Source: Eledone cirrhosa (Eukaryota). Taken from it: a stretch of DNA of 64,000 nt. The stretch's first letter is position 1; the number at the start of each line of letters is the position of its first letter. Positions 14,956 to 25,335 of this stretch are shown in pieces. The DNA is taken from positions 93,000,001-93,064,000 of the forward strand of contig OZ024742.1 of assembly GCA_964016885.1 (NCBI GenBank). The letters run 5' to 3'. The translations under genes and the position numbers were made by a program. The notes beneath the pieces were generated by a model that had not been told where the DNA came from, searched no databases, and saw only the letters and a program-made list of their open reading frames with translations.

Positions 14956-15453
14956 CTTCATTTTTGAATTTGTTTTGCAAGGTTTCTTATCTGAAAACGT
15001 GTGTTGAAATAGATATTGTTATACTTTGGGAGGGTCATGCTGCCAATAAATAACACATGCACCTCAAGGTTTTTACTTCAATTTATTATGAATTTCCATT
15101 TGGTTGGTTGATTGGATAACCAGATGATTTATATATTGTCAAAGCTCTTTCGTCACACATTCCATGACCTCCTAAGTGACCAAGATTTTATTTTGTGTCT
15201 CTTCTTTGTTCTGTCCAACACTATCTTGTTTTTGTGTGTTTTGATATAGGACAAACCAAAGGAGAGACACAAAATTAAAACCCAGTCACTGAAGAGGTCA
15301 CAGAATGTGTGATGAAAGACCTTTGACAATATATAAACAACCATCTGGTTAGCAAACCAACCAATTGACTAGAAATTTATAATAAATTGAAGTGAAACCA
15401 ACATGTGCGTGTGTTTTTATTAGCAGTATGATCCTCCCAAAGTATAACAATAT
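14956..15453. mobile_element. Diverged fold-back element carrying hammerhead-like motifs (Penelope-like, non-autonomous)
   Basis: Imperfect inverted arms ~15013-15225 and ~15243-15453, with a left extension 14956-15012 abutting (TA)n. Hammerhead-like motifs at 15285-15327 (+) and 15138-15180 (-). Confidence 0.7.
15285..15327 (+). ncRNA. Minimal type I hammerhead ribozyme-like motif (diverged)
   Basis: GUCA-CUGAAGA-GGUCACAGAAUGUGUGAU-GAAA-GACC-UU-UGAC: stem I GUCA/UGAC, intact core boxes, imperfect stem II. Confidence 0.6.
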
Positions 15454-15454
15454 A

Positions 15455-15586
15455 TGGTGAGAGCAGACCTCAGATCGCTGAAGCTCATGGTAGAGATGAT
15501 GAAGGACCGCGACAAGTGGAGAGATGCTGTGCTGAATAGGACCTGTCCCACCCTTGCAAGCAAGGAAAAGCGGACGTAAAATGATG

Positions 15587-15589
<3 letters not shown>
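15455..15589 (+). mobile_element. Extreme 3' fragment of an RTE-clade LINE
   Basis: Translates as VRADLRSLKLMVEMMKDRDKWRDAVLNRT (RTE C-terminal DR..WR motif), followed by CCCACCCTTGCAAGC...CGGACGTAAAATGATGAT. Confidence 0.75.
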
Positions 15590-15622
<33 letters not shown>

Positions 15623-15626
<4 letters not shown>

Positions 15627-16075
15627 GAAGTTCTATTTAAATTGTTGGGATACAACAAGCAAATATTTTTATAACTGATATAAAGCACTCAACAAATTAT
15701 TGGAGTAAAAATACGATATATTAACAAATGGAAACAATATATATAAAACCATATTTATTTCATTATACATATTTCAAGGACACCAAGTTAAATTATAGTG
15801 TGCTTTTATCAGATAAAATATAATATAGATCAGTTTTATAAATAAATATTGACATACCCTTAAATAATGCGACCATTTCTGTTGGAAGCTCTATCCAGGA
15901 GCTTCCAACAGAAATGGTCGCATTCTTTAAGGGTATGTCAATATTTATTTATAAAACTGATCTATATTATATTTTATCTGATAAAAGCACACTATAATTT
16001 AACTTGGTGTCCTTGAAATATGTATAATGAAATAAATATGGTTTTATAAATATTGGTTCCATTTGTTAATATATC

Positions 16076-16079
<4 letters not shown>
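15623..16079. mobile_element. (TA)n-flanked near-perfect palindromic element with degenerate hammerhead motif
   Basis: Arms 15711-15891 and 15899-16079 (181 bp, few mismatches) around a 7-nt loop TATCCAG. Left extension 15623-15710. CTGATAA...GAAA-TATG-TA at 15978-16024. Confidence 0.8.
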
Positions 16080-16117
<38 letters not shown>

Positions 16118-16362
16118 AACATTTAGAAGAAACAAGGTGCTGTGTAGTTACTGATAACGTGTATTTAGAAATGAAAGGAAAGCACAAACAATGACAGGTT
16201 CCCTCTTCAGTTGTTTTCTGGGGGTCTCAGACGTTTCAGCGCATTAAAGACAATATGTCTATCCCCAGTGCATCAATAACTTACAAAGTTATTGGGAAGA
16301 GAAAAAAAGAGAGAAAATGAAGAAAAAAATATACCAAAGTTAAACCGGTGGCTGGGCATAAG

Positions 16363-16400
<38 letters not shown>

Positions 16401-16618
16401 GTTAAAAAATGTACATCTACATATGCATACTGAAATACTAGTGTGTATATGAATACACACACGTATACATATGTAGGTGTACCAAGTCTTTCACTGGTCG
16501 CTTTACAGTGAGCGGCCCAGCTATTCTGTATGTAAACACACAGACAAACCGGTTTTTAGAGTCATACTGGTTTTTAGGGGGAACACCTTCCCCCTATTCT
16601 CCAGAAAGCCAGACAAGG

Positions 16619-16663
16619 AATATTGAACTAGTTTCGTTGTTGTTACAACTCATCAGCAATATT
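16619..16663 (-). ncRNA. Minimal type I hammerhead ribozyme
   Basis: Exact reverse complement of 17064-17108. Confidence 0.85.
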
Positions 16664-17063
16664 TACCTATCTACCGGCCTTTCTGGAGAATTGTAAAAGC
16701 ACATATCGTTATATGCTTTTTCTATGAAAATTAGTAGTGGGCAGACCAATTTGCATAGAGTGTGAGTACGCACCGGTTCAGCGGAGACGATAAAAACAAA
16801 TAACGAAACGAAATTAAATTTCGTTTCGTTTGTAACTCACTTTTGTATGACTGACGCTTAAACAATTAAGTTAAAAATGTACAAAAGTGAGTTACAAACG
16901 AAACGAAATTTAATTTCGTTTCGTTATTTGTTTTTATCGTCTCCGCTGAACCGGTGCGTACTCACACTCTATGCAAATTGGTCTGCCCACTACTAATTTT
17001 CATAGAAAAAGCATATAACGATATGTGCTTTTACAATTCTCCAGAAAGGCCGGTAGATAGGTA

Positions 17064-17108
17064 AATATTGCTGATGAGTTGTAACAACAACGAAACTAGT
17101 TCAATATT
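17064..17108 (+). ncRNA. Minimal type I hammerhead ribozyme
   Basis: AAUAUUG-CUGAUGA-GUUGU(AACA)ACAAC-GAAA-CUAG-UU-CAAUAUU: 7-bp stem I, intact core, 5-bp stem II starting with G-C, palindromic stem III region AACUAGUU, GUU cleavage triplet. Confidence 0.85.
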
Positions 17109-17393
17109 CCTTGCTTTCTGGAGAATAGGGGGAAGGTGTTCCCCCGAAAAACCAGTATGACTCTAAAAACCGGTTTGTCTGTGTGTTTACATACAGAATA
17201 GCTGGGCCGCTCACTGTAAAGCGACCAGTGAAAGACTTGGTACACCTACATATGTATACGTGTGTGTATTCATATACACACTAGTATTTCAGTATGCATA
17301 TGTAGATGTACATTTTTAACTTAATTGTTTAAGCGTCAGACATACAAAAGTGAGTTACAAACGAAACGAAATTTAATTTCGTTTCGTTATTTG

Positions 17394-17432
<39 letters not shown>

Positions 17433-17435
<3 letters not shown>

Positions 17436-18746
17436 TCCCATCTGGGAAATGGCCATGCTCAGTGTGTAGGAAAGGAGTAGGCAGAAACTCCATTTTATGT
17501 CCCAAATGCAAAGTATGGGTGCATAAAAGATGTATTGGGATCACAGGTAAGCTAACTAAGAATATAGATTTTATATGTGGCCGGTGCTCTGGTGCAATAA
17601 GTAGCAGCAAGTGCCCACAGAATACTACCTCATTCCATTGCACAGATGGTTCTATAGAAATAGTGGACACCTTCTGTTACCTGGGTGACAAAATCAGCAG
17701 TGATGCAATAAATAGCTGCAAGTGCCCACAGAATACTAGCTTATTCCATTGCACAGATGGTTCTATAGAAATAGTGGACACCTTCCATTACCTGGGTGAC
17801 AAAATCAGCAGTGGTGGAGGGTGCTCTGAAAGTACAGTAGCTAGAGTTAGAATGGGATGGAAAAAGTTCAGAGAGCTTATACCACTATTGGCACTAAAGG
17901 GTTCTCTCTAAAAATGAAAGGCAGGCTGTATGATGCCTGCATACGAACAGCAATGTTACATGGCAGTGAGACTTGGGCATTGTGTGCAGAGGATATACGC
18001 AGACTGGAGAGGAACGAAGCTTGCATGCTCCACTGGATGTGTAATAGTAATATACGTGAACGGCAAAGCATAAATGAACTAAGGGAGAAATTAGGAATAA
18101 GAGGGAACAGATGTTGTTTACTTGAGAGAAAACTACGTTGGTACGGTTACGTGATGCGCATAAAAGACGACAGCTGTATAAAAAAAGTGCAGGGCGATAA
18201 AAATAGACGGTAGCCACGGAGTAGGCAGACCCAGAAAAACCTGGGACGGCTTGATAAATTCTGACCTCACACACACCTCTCCAAGACAATGTCACTGGAC
18301 CGAGATCTTTGGTGCTACACAGTAATACAGAAGACCCGCCTTGCCTAAGTACAAAGCGAAACCTACAGTCAGTAGGCACCTCTAACAAAAATACACCCTC
18401 GTCCAACTACCCCCATCCCATCCCATCCACACCACCCCTTTCAATGTAAAGTTATGTTGGTACCACAACATCCAGTCCGAAACAAATGAGGCGTGTAGGT
18501 GTCACGACAAAAAAACACAGTCCACGCTGTAATGTGACCGTGTAGGTAACACGGTAAAAACCTCCTGGTCCACACTGTAAACATGGTTGGTGTTAGGAAG
18601 GGCATCCAGCCGTAGAAAACCCGCCAGACAGTCCTATGCGAGCAAGACAACAACCACTCTTGCCTCAAGTGGGAAAACTCCCGTCCAAACCCATGCAAGC
18701 GTGGAAGATGGACATTAAACGATGATGATGATGATGATGATGATGA
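17433..18746 (+). mobile_element. 5'-truncated RTE-clade LINE (C-terminal ORF remnant with PHD-like finger, 3'UTR, (GAT)n tail)
   Basis: ORF pieces CSVCRKGVGRNSILCPKC..WVHKRC..FICGRC, VDTFxYLGD, LHGSETW, RKLRWYG; frameshifted; ends GGACATTAAAC(GAT)n. Confidence 0.9.
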
Positions 18747-19029
18747 TAGGTGTGTATATAAAAGTATATACAATATTTTTATACACAATGAAGATATGGT
18801 AGCCTCACTATACATATAAGATTGGCTGTGCAAATGGAAGAAACTAAACTTGGCTGCTCTGTAGCTTACTCTACTAGTGTAAAAGAGTCAGACAATTGAA
18901 TGTCTTCTTTGAGATAATTTTAATAATATTAAAATTTTGATAAGAAGCAGTTGTATAACACCACCACCACCACCACCACCATCACCCCCCCACCCCCCCA
19001 CCCCCACCCCCACCACCACCAACAACAAC

Positions 19030-19086
<57 letters not shown>

Positions 19087-20169
19087 GGAAATAATAATTA
19101 AAAAAAACTTAGAAACAGCAATTCTTTAGAAATTTAAAATAAATGCTTACGAAAATTATATTAATAAAATCATAACTTTAGAATTTGACAGTACTACTTA
19201 TGTGCACACACACACACGTGTAAACTCATGCACATACATACATGCATACATACACACACACATGCACGTACAAGTGCACACACATACATGCACATGCACA
19301 CACGCATGTGTATGTATATATAAAGTATGAAATATTAATTGTTCCTAAATATAATTGATATGATGTTACTTGTTCCTATTTCGCTTTAAGCTGAGAAATC
19401 TCCAAACACAAACACACACACACACACACATAGACGCATACACATGCATATACAGACATATGCATGCACATACATACACACACACATACACACATACACG
19501 CACACACAATCACATGCACACAGACATACAAACACACATAAACACACACTCACACCTGATGGATTCACATTTTCAACAATAAACATTCATTTGTTTGATC
19601 AATTGAACATTTAAATTATGAATTATTTATGTAGCTGGTTGAGTATTCCATGTCGAAACATGGCTGAGTGGTTAAGGAGTTTGCTCTACAGCCTGTTCAT
19701 TCTGGGTTTAGTCTCAATATGTGGCACCTTAGGCAGGTGTAATGGCAATGCAGAGGTTTAGTGAAGACTGGTACCAACTCCCTGGTTGTATAGTAGTTAG
19801 CAGACATTATGTAATTTGTAATGTCTTGTTACAAGTTCCAATAAAATAAAAAATACCTTTATATCTGTCATGTTCTGAGGAATAGTCAATCCTGACTACA
19901 TGGGGTGAATTAATATTTAACAGTGATGGCAGATACAAATAGAACAGGAGATTACGTCTGTTAGAAAGAGGTGCTATGTACCAGTCACAGCAGAAGCAGC
20001 TCAACAAATTAAGAATTTGGAGCAGATATATACTAATTTAAAGTTTCATAATATATATAATATGTATGATGAAAATGTTTCTCAGTAAAAATGCTCTGTG
20101 TTTCTGTAATAATATATATCAATATACATATATTTTTTTTAAATTTGAATTATATATATATATATATAT

Positions 20170-21445
20170 CATCACCATCGTTTAACGTCCATCTTCCACG
20201 CTTGCATGGGTTTGGACGGGAATTTTGCCACTTGAGGCAAGATTGGTTGACTTGCTCGCATAGGACTGTCTGGCGGGTTTTCTATGGCTGGATGCCCTTC
20301 CTAACACCAATCACGTTTACAGTGTGGACTGGGAGGTTTTTTCGTGTTACCTATACGGCCACATTACAGCGTGGACTGTGTGTTTTTTTGTCGTGACACC
20401 TACACGACCTCATTTGTTTCGGCCTGGATGTTGTGGTACCAACATAACTTTACAGGGTGGTGTGGATGAGGTGGGGTAGTGGGACGGGGGTGTATTTTTG
20501 TTACAGGTGCCTACTGACTGTAGGTTTCGCTTTGTACTTAGGCAAGGCGGGTCTTCTGTATTACTGTGTAGCGCCAAAGATCTCGGTCCAGTGACATTGT
20601 CTTGGAGAGGTGTAAGTGTGTGAGGTCAGAATTTATCAAGTTGTCCCAGGTTTTTCTGGGTCTGCCTACCCGTGGCTACGGTCTATTTTTATTGCCCTGC
20701 ACTTTTTTATACAGCTGTCGTCTTTCATGCGCATCACGTGACCGTACCAACATAGTCTTCTCTCGAGTAAACAACATCTGATCCCTCTTATTCCTAATTT
20801 CTCCCTTAGTTCGTTTATGCTTTGCCGTTCACATATATTAATATTACACATACAGCGGAGCATGCAAGCTTCGTTCCTCTCCAGTCTGCGTATATCCTCT
20901 GCACACAATGCCCAAGTCTCACTGCCATGTAACATTGCTGTTCGTATGCAGGCATCATACAGCCTGCTTTTCATTTTTAGAGAGAACCCTTTAGTGGCCA
21001 ATAGTGGTATAAGCTCTCTGAACTTTTTCCATCCCATTCTAACTCTAGCTACTGTACTTTCAGAGCACCCTCCACCACTGCTGATTTTGTCACCCAGGTA
21101 ATGGAAGGTGTCCACTATTTCTATAGAACTATCTGTGCAATGGAATAAGCTAGTATTCTGTGGGCACTTGCAGCTACTTATTGCATCACTGCTGATTTTG
21201 TCACCCAGGTAACAGAAGGTGTCCACTATTTCTATAGAACCATCTGTGCAATGGAATGAGGTAGTATTCTGTGGGCACTTGCTGCTACTTATTGCACCAG
21301 AGCACCGGCCACATATAAAATCTATATTCTTAGTTAGCTTACCTGTGATCCCAATACATCTTTTATGCACCCATACTTTGCATTTGGGACATAAAATGGA
21401 GTTTCTGCCTACGCCTTTCCTAACAATGAGCATGGCCATTTCCCA
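20170..21445 (-). mobile_element. 5'-truncated RTE-clade LINE, inverted partner of 17433-18746
   Basis: 266-aa ORF 20666-21466 with the same motifs, the same internal duplication and the same 3'UTR. Confidence 0.9.
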
Positions 21446-21456
21446 TATATATATAT

Positions 21457-21797
21457 GGAGGCACATGGCTTAGTGGTTAGAGCATTGGCCTTGCAATCGA
21501 AAGGTTGTGAGTTCAATTCTCAGACCGGGTGATGTGTTGTTTCCTTGAGCAAGACACTTTATTTCACATTGCTCCAGTTTACTCAGCTGTAGAAATGAGA
21601 TGATAGGGACTGGGGTCCATATCATTCCACTGCAAAGTGGTCGTGGAGGTGCCACGGCAAAAAAGCACCCAGCACTCACTGTAAATGAGGTTGGTGTTAG
21701 GAAGGGCATCCAGCTGTAGAAATCAAGCCAGAATCAGTTCCCGTCCCACCCTTGCAAGCAGGGAAAAGCGGACGTAAAATGATGATGATGATGATGA

Positions 21798-21800
<3 letters not shown>
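21457..21800 (+). mobile_element. tRNA-derived CORE-type SINE with RTE-derived tail, full length
   Basis: A-box TGGCTTAGTGG, B-box GAGTTCAATTC, core-like TTCCTTGAGCAAGACACTTTATTTCAC, tail GTTAGGAAGGGCATCCAGC...GGACGTAAAAT(GAT)n. Confidence 0.92.
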
Positions 21801-21838
<38 letters not shown>

Positions 21839-21867
21839 TGTAATAAACAAAATAAGATAATTATTTC

Positions 21868-21978
21868 ATTTACCAGTGGTTTCTTGAAAGCAAACAAATC
21901 TGCTTTCAGTCATCAGAATCTCTGAATTTACCAGTGGTTTCTTGAAACCAAACAAATCTGCTTTCAGCCATCAGAATC
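21868..21978 (-). ncRNA. Tandem pair of hammerhead ribozyme motifs (58-nt period)
   Basis: Minus strand reads GAUU-CUGAUG(G/A)-CUGAAAGCAGA(UUUG)UUUG(G/C)UUUCAA-GAAA-CCACUGG-UA-AAU twice. Confidence 0.7.
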
Positions 21979-21984
21979 TCAGAA

Positions 21985-22036
21985 TTTCTGATGACTGAAA
22001 GCAGATTTGTTTGCTTTCAAGAAACCACTGGTAAAT
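21985..22036 (+). ncRNA. Hammerhead ribozyme motif (stem I clipped by the inversion junction)
   Basis: CUGAUGA, 10-bp stem II UGAAAGCAGA/UUUGCUUUCA, GAAA, CC(ACU)GG, GUA triplet. Confidence 0.7.
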
Positions 22037-22554
22037 GAAATAATTATCTTATGTTGTTTATTACATAACTACTAAGCTCTGTAACCTACATAGAGCACTC
22101 TTTTTTCCTGGACCTTTCCGACGGAATTACTTCATTTATATATACACACACATATATAGCAATTATTTGATATCTTGAGCAAGTATCTAAAAGACACTTG
22201 CTCAAGATATCAAATAATTGGATGGAACCCAGTACCTCATGTTGTGAAATGAACTTCTTAGCCACTAAGTTATGTGTGTGTCACTGCTCACATACACAGA
22301 TATGCCCACAAACACATTTACACATACACACATACACATTCACTCACACACATATACACATGCATACACACTCATACTCACACATGTCACATACACACAC
22401 ATACACATAGACACATGCACATATATACACACATATATATATACAGATGCTGACAGATAAACATATGCACATGTACATATACACATACACATTTATACAC
22501 ATACATACAAAATATGTGTATGTATATGACATATTGTTTAGGTAATATGTGTGT

Positions 22555-22885
22555 GTTTGACATCCGTCAATTCCGACGATGAGTGTTCCAGTTGATTTGA
22601 TCAATAGAACAGCCATCTATGAAATTAACGTGCAAGTGGCAGAGCATTCCACAGACACGTGTACCCTTTAATTAGTTCTCAGGGAGATTCAGCATGACAC
22701 AGGGTGTGACAAGGCTGACCCTTTAGATTACAGGTAGAACTCATTTTTGCCAGTTATATGGACTGAAGCAACATGAAATAAAGTGTCTTGCTCAAGGACA
22801 CAATGCATTGCTTATAATCAAACTGATGACCTTACGATTATGAACCAAACACCCTACCCTAACCACTAAGTGATGTGCCTTCATA
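22555..22885 (-). mobile_element. tRNA-derived CORE-type SINE, second family (same head and core, different tail)
   Basis: Minus strand reads GGCACATCACTTAGTGGTTAG...GTCCTTGAGCAAGACACTTTATTTCA, followed by a tail unrelated to the RTE-type tail. Confidence 0.8.
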
Positions 22886-23469
22886 GTTAATGTAGAGTAA
22901 AGCAAACAAAAAAAAAAGTCACTGATTCAAAATCTACTGGGAATTTATTGATTTATTGATTCACTGATTGATTAATTGATTGAGTAATTGATCGATTGAA
23001 TGATTGATCTATCTATTAGTAATTTCCAATACAGTTTCCATATATAGTTCATTCTTAGCTTGTTTCTAAATATGAATAATTCTTATAAAGGCGTTTTTTT
23101 CTTTCTTTCTGTCACTAAGTTCTTTCCTCTTTTTATTTGTTATTTGTTATTTTCCTTCTTTCTTAAAGTTACTTTTTCTTCTTGGTTTTCTTGTATATAT
23201 TAAGAATCTTAATGTCTGTCTGTTTGTCTGTCCAACTGTCTATCTTCCTATCTATCTATCTTCCTATCTAACTATCTTTCTACCTATCTACCCCCCCCCT
23301 CTCTCTTATATATATATATGTGTATCTATCACTTTTTCTGTATTCTCTTTTTTCTCTTCCTATTTTCCTTCTTCCTCTCATTATTTTAAACAATTTATTC
23401 TAGATTCTTGTTCTAAGTTTAGTGACTGAATGTTTTTTTTTAGAGATGTTGGTGATAGTTTTATAATTT

Positions 23470-24110
23470 CACAAATTTTTACCAATAGAGAGAGAGTCGG
23501 TTTCTAACATAGACACAGTATTCTCTCATTGGAATTTACACAACATCAAATAGGTAGATATGTATGTATGCATGCACGTGTAGATATGGATGTTATTGTA
23601 TGTGTGGATGTGTATGTTTTGAGTTGAATGTGTGCATGTGTATATGCTTTGTATCTGTACATGTGTATATGCAGTTATTAGATGCAACATTTTTGGAATG
23701 TTTTACATATTTTTACTGTTCTATTAATGGATTGTACTTGTAATTTCCTAACTAGTTGTGTTCTTTCTGTTCCTGTGAAGCCTAGCTTCTCAAGATTTGT
23801 ATTGAGGCAGTTACTAACATACCCCAGTGCCCCAATAATCACAGACATAAATCTGAAGGTGTAATCAGGGTGGAATATCTGCAGATTTCTCATCAGTTCT
23901 GCATAAATATTCTCCTTTTTGCTAATCTTTGATATTATATTGACATCTGCTGGGCAGCTAACTTCCACTACTGTGCATGCTTTCTTTTCCCTGTCCCATA
24001 TCATTATATCGGGTCTGTTATGCCTGCATTTTATTGGGGTTTTTACTGGAACATTCCACCAGTACTCTTTCATATTTTAATTTTACCCTGTATTGACATT
24101 CATAATCCTC
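23470..24110 (-). mobile_element. 3' fragment of an RLE-type non-LTR retrotransposon (R4/Dong/NeSL-like)
   Basis: ORF 23678-24073 carries the restriction-like endonuclease signature HNRPDIMIWD...VVEVSCP...KENIY...IIGALG. Confidence 0.85.
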
Positions 24111-24349
24111 ATATTATTTATTTCCTATATCTATTAACAATTCTCAGTCATGCTGATGTGCAAAGTAAATATGCTTTACTAAAGGAGATCTAATAAGATT
24201 GAAACATGCCTGTTGCTTTCACCAAATTGACTTAGAGATAAAGTCCATTTCCACAGCTCTGTCTTAAAACTACAGTGTTTCAAAAGGTTTGAGTCAGTCA
24301 GAGCTATAGGAATTATCTTCCTTGCTTGGTTTTTATGACCTGAACACCG

Positions 24350-24578
24350 TTAACCCTTTAGCCTTTACATTACTTTATATTTACTATTATATTTTCACAG
24401 TAAAGTCTTTACCTCACATAATTATCTCACATAATATCGAATCTAGGAGATTTTGATATTATTTATTTTGAGAACAATACCTTAACATCAGTATGAGCAG
24501 CTGATTACAGCTAGTTTAAACAGAAAGAGGTGAAAGAATTCTGGCTGGATACAGCTTGTTTAAATGCTAGAGAGTTAA
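24350..24578. mobile_element. TTAA-flanked MITE (piggyBac-like termini)
   Basis: TTAACCCTTTAGC...ATGCTAGAGAGTTAA. Confidence 0.55.
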
Positions 24579-24986
24579 AGGTAGTTTTGCTCTTCTAATT
24601 GCGAAGATAGTTTAAGTTGATTATTTTTTTTCCCTTACCTGCCATGTTCAGACAGTGGAACTATTAGTATATACACATTTTATGCTGAACATTTTCATCT
24701 TAGTCTGTATTAACACACGTCATTCATCCTCATCACCATTTAATGTCTATTTTCCATGCTTGCATGTGTTAGACAGGGTGTTGTATGCTGAGGCCTGACT
24801 GGTCAGGTGACCTCATCTTCCTCATACTCTTTGTTTTGGCTTGGTTTCTAGTCTGAATATCCTTCCTAGCCTCAACCATATTCTATACATATGTGTACAC
24901 ACACACACACATACACATGTATATATATATATATATGTGTGTGTGTGCACACATATATATATATAATGGTAAGAGTGAATTGGTAT

Positions 24987-25335
24987 ATCATCATCATTCA
25001 TCATCATCATCATTTTACGTCCACTTTTCTCTGCTTGCAAGGGTGGGACGGGAACTGATTCTGGCTTGATTTCTACAGCTGGATGCCCTTCCTAACACCA
25101 ACCTTATTTACAGTGAGTGCTGGGTGCTTTTTTGTTGTGGCACCTCCACGACCACTGTGCAGTGGAATGATATGGACCCCAGTCCCTATCATCTCATTTC
25201 TACAGCTGAGTAAACTGGAGCAATATGAAATAAAGTGTCTTGCTCAAGGAAACAACACATCACCCGGTCTGAGAATTGAACTCACAACCTTTCGATTGCA
25301 AGGCCAATGCTCTAACCACTAAGCCATGTGCCTCC
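24987..25335 (-). mobile_element. CORE-type SINE with RTE tail
   Basis: Near-identical to 21457-21800. Confidence 0.92.

Larger units (their letters stand above)
16395..17400. mobile_element. (TA)n-flanked fold-back Penelope-like non-autonomous element, family A, copy 1
   Basis: Inverted arms 16395-16847 and 16880-17326, with a right tail 17327-17400 and one hammerhead per arm. The same family occurs at 33543-34510. Confidence 0.85.
21833..22138. mobile_element. (TA)n-flanked fold-back element with three hammerhead motifs, family B
   Basis: Arms 21833-21918 and 21986-22071, a 58-bp tandem duplication in the centre, and a right tail to 22138. Confidence 0.8.

Noticed and set aside
16110-16365. 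Further hammerhead in a (TA)n-flanked segment (minus-strand CTGAAGAG and GAAACGTC)
   Set aside because: I could not assemble the boxes into a consistent three-stem fold; it may be a decayed remnant.
19807-20030. Minus-strand exon
   Set aside because: The frame is open, but the splice sites are weak and there is no recognisable homology.
21457-21530. tRNA gene
   Set aside because: The tRNA-like head continues into SINE core and tail, with no proper acceptor stem or terminator.
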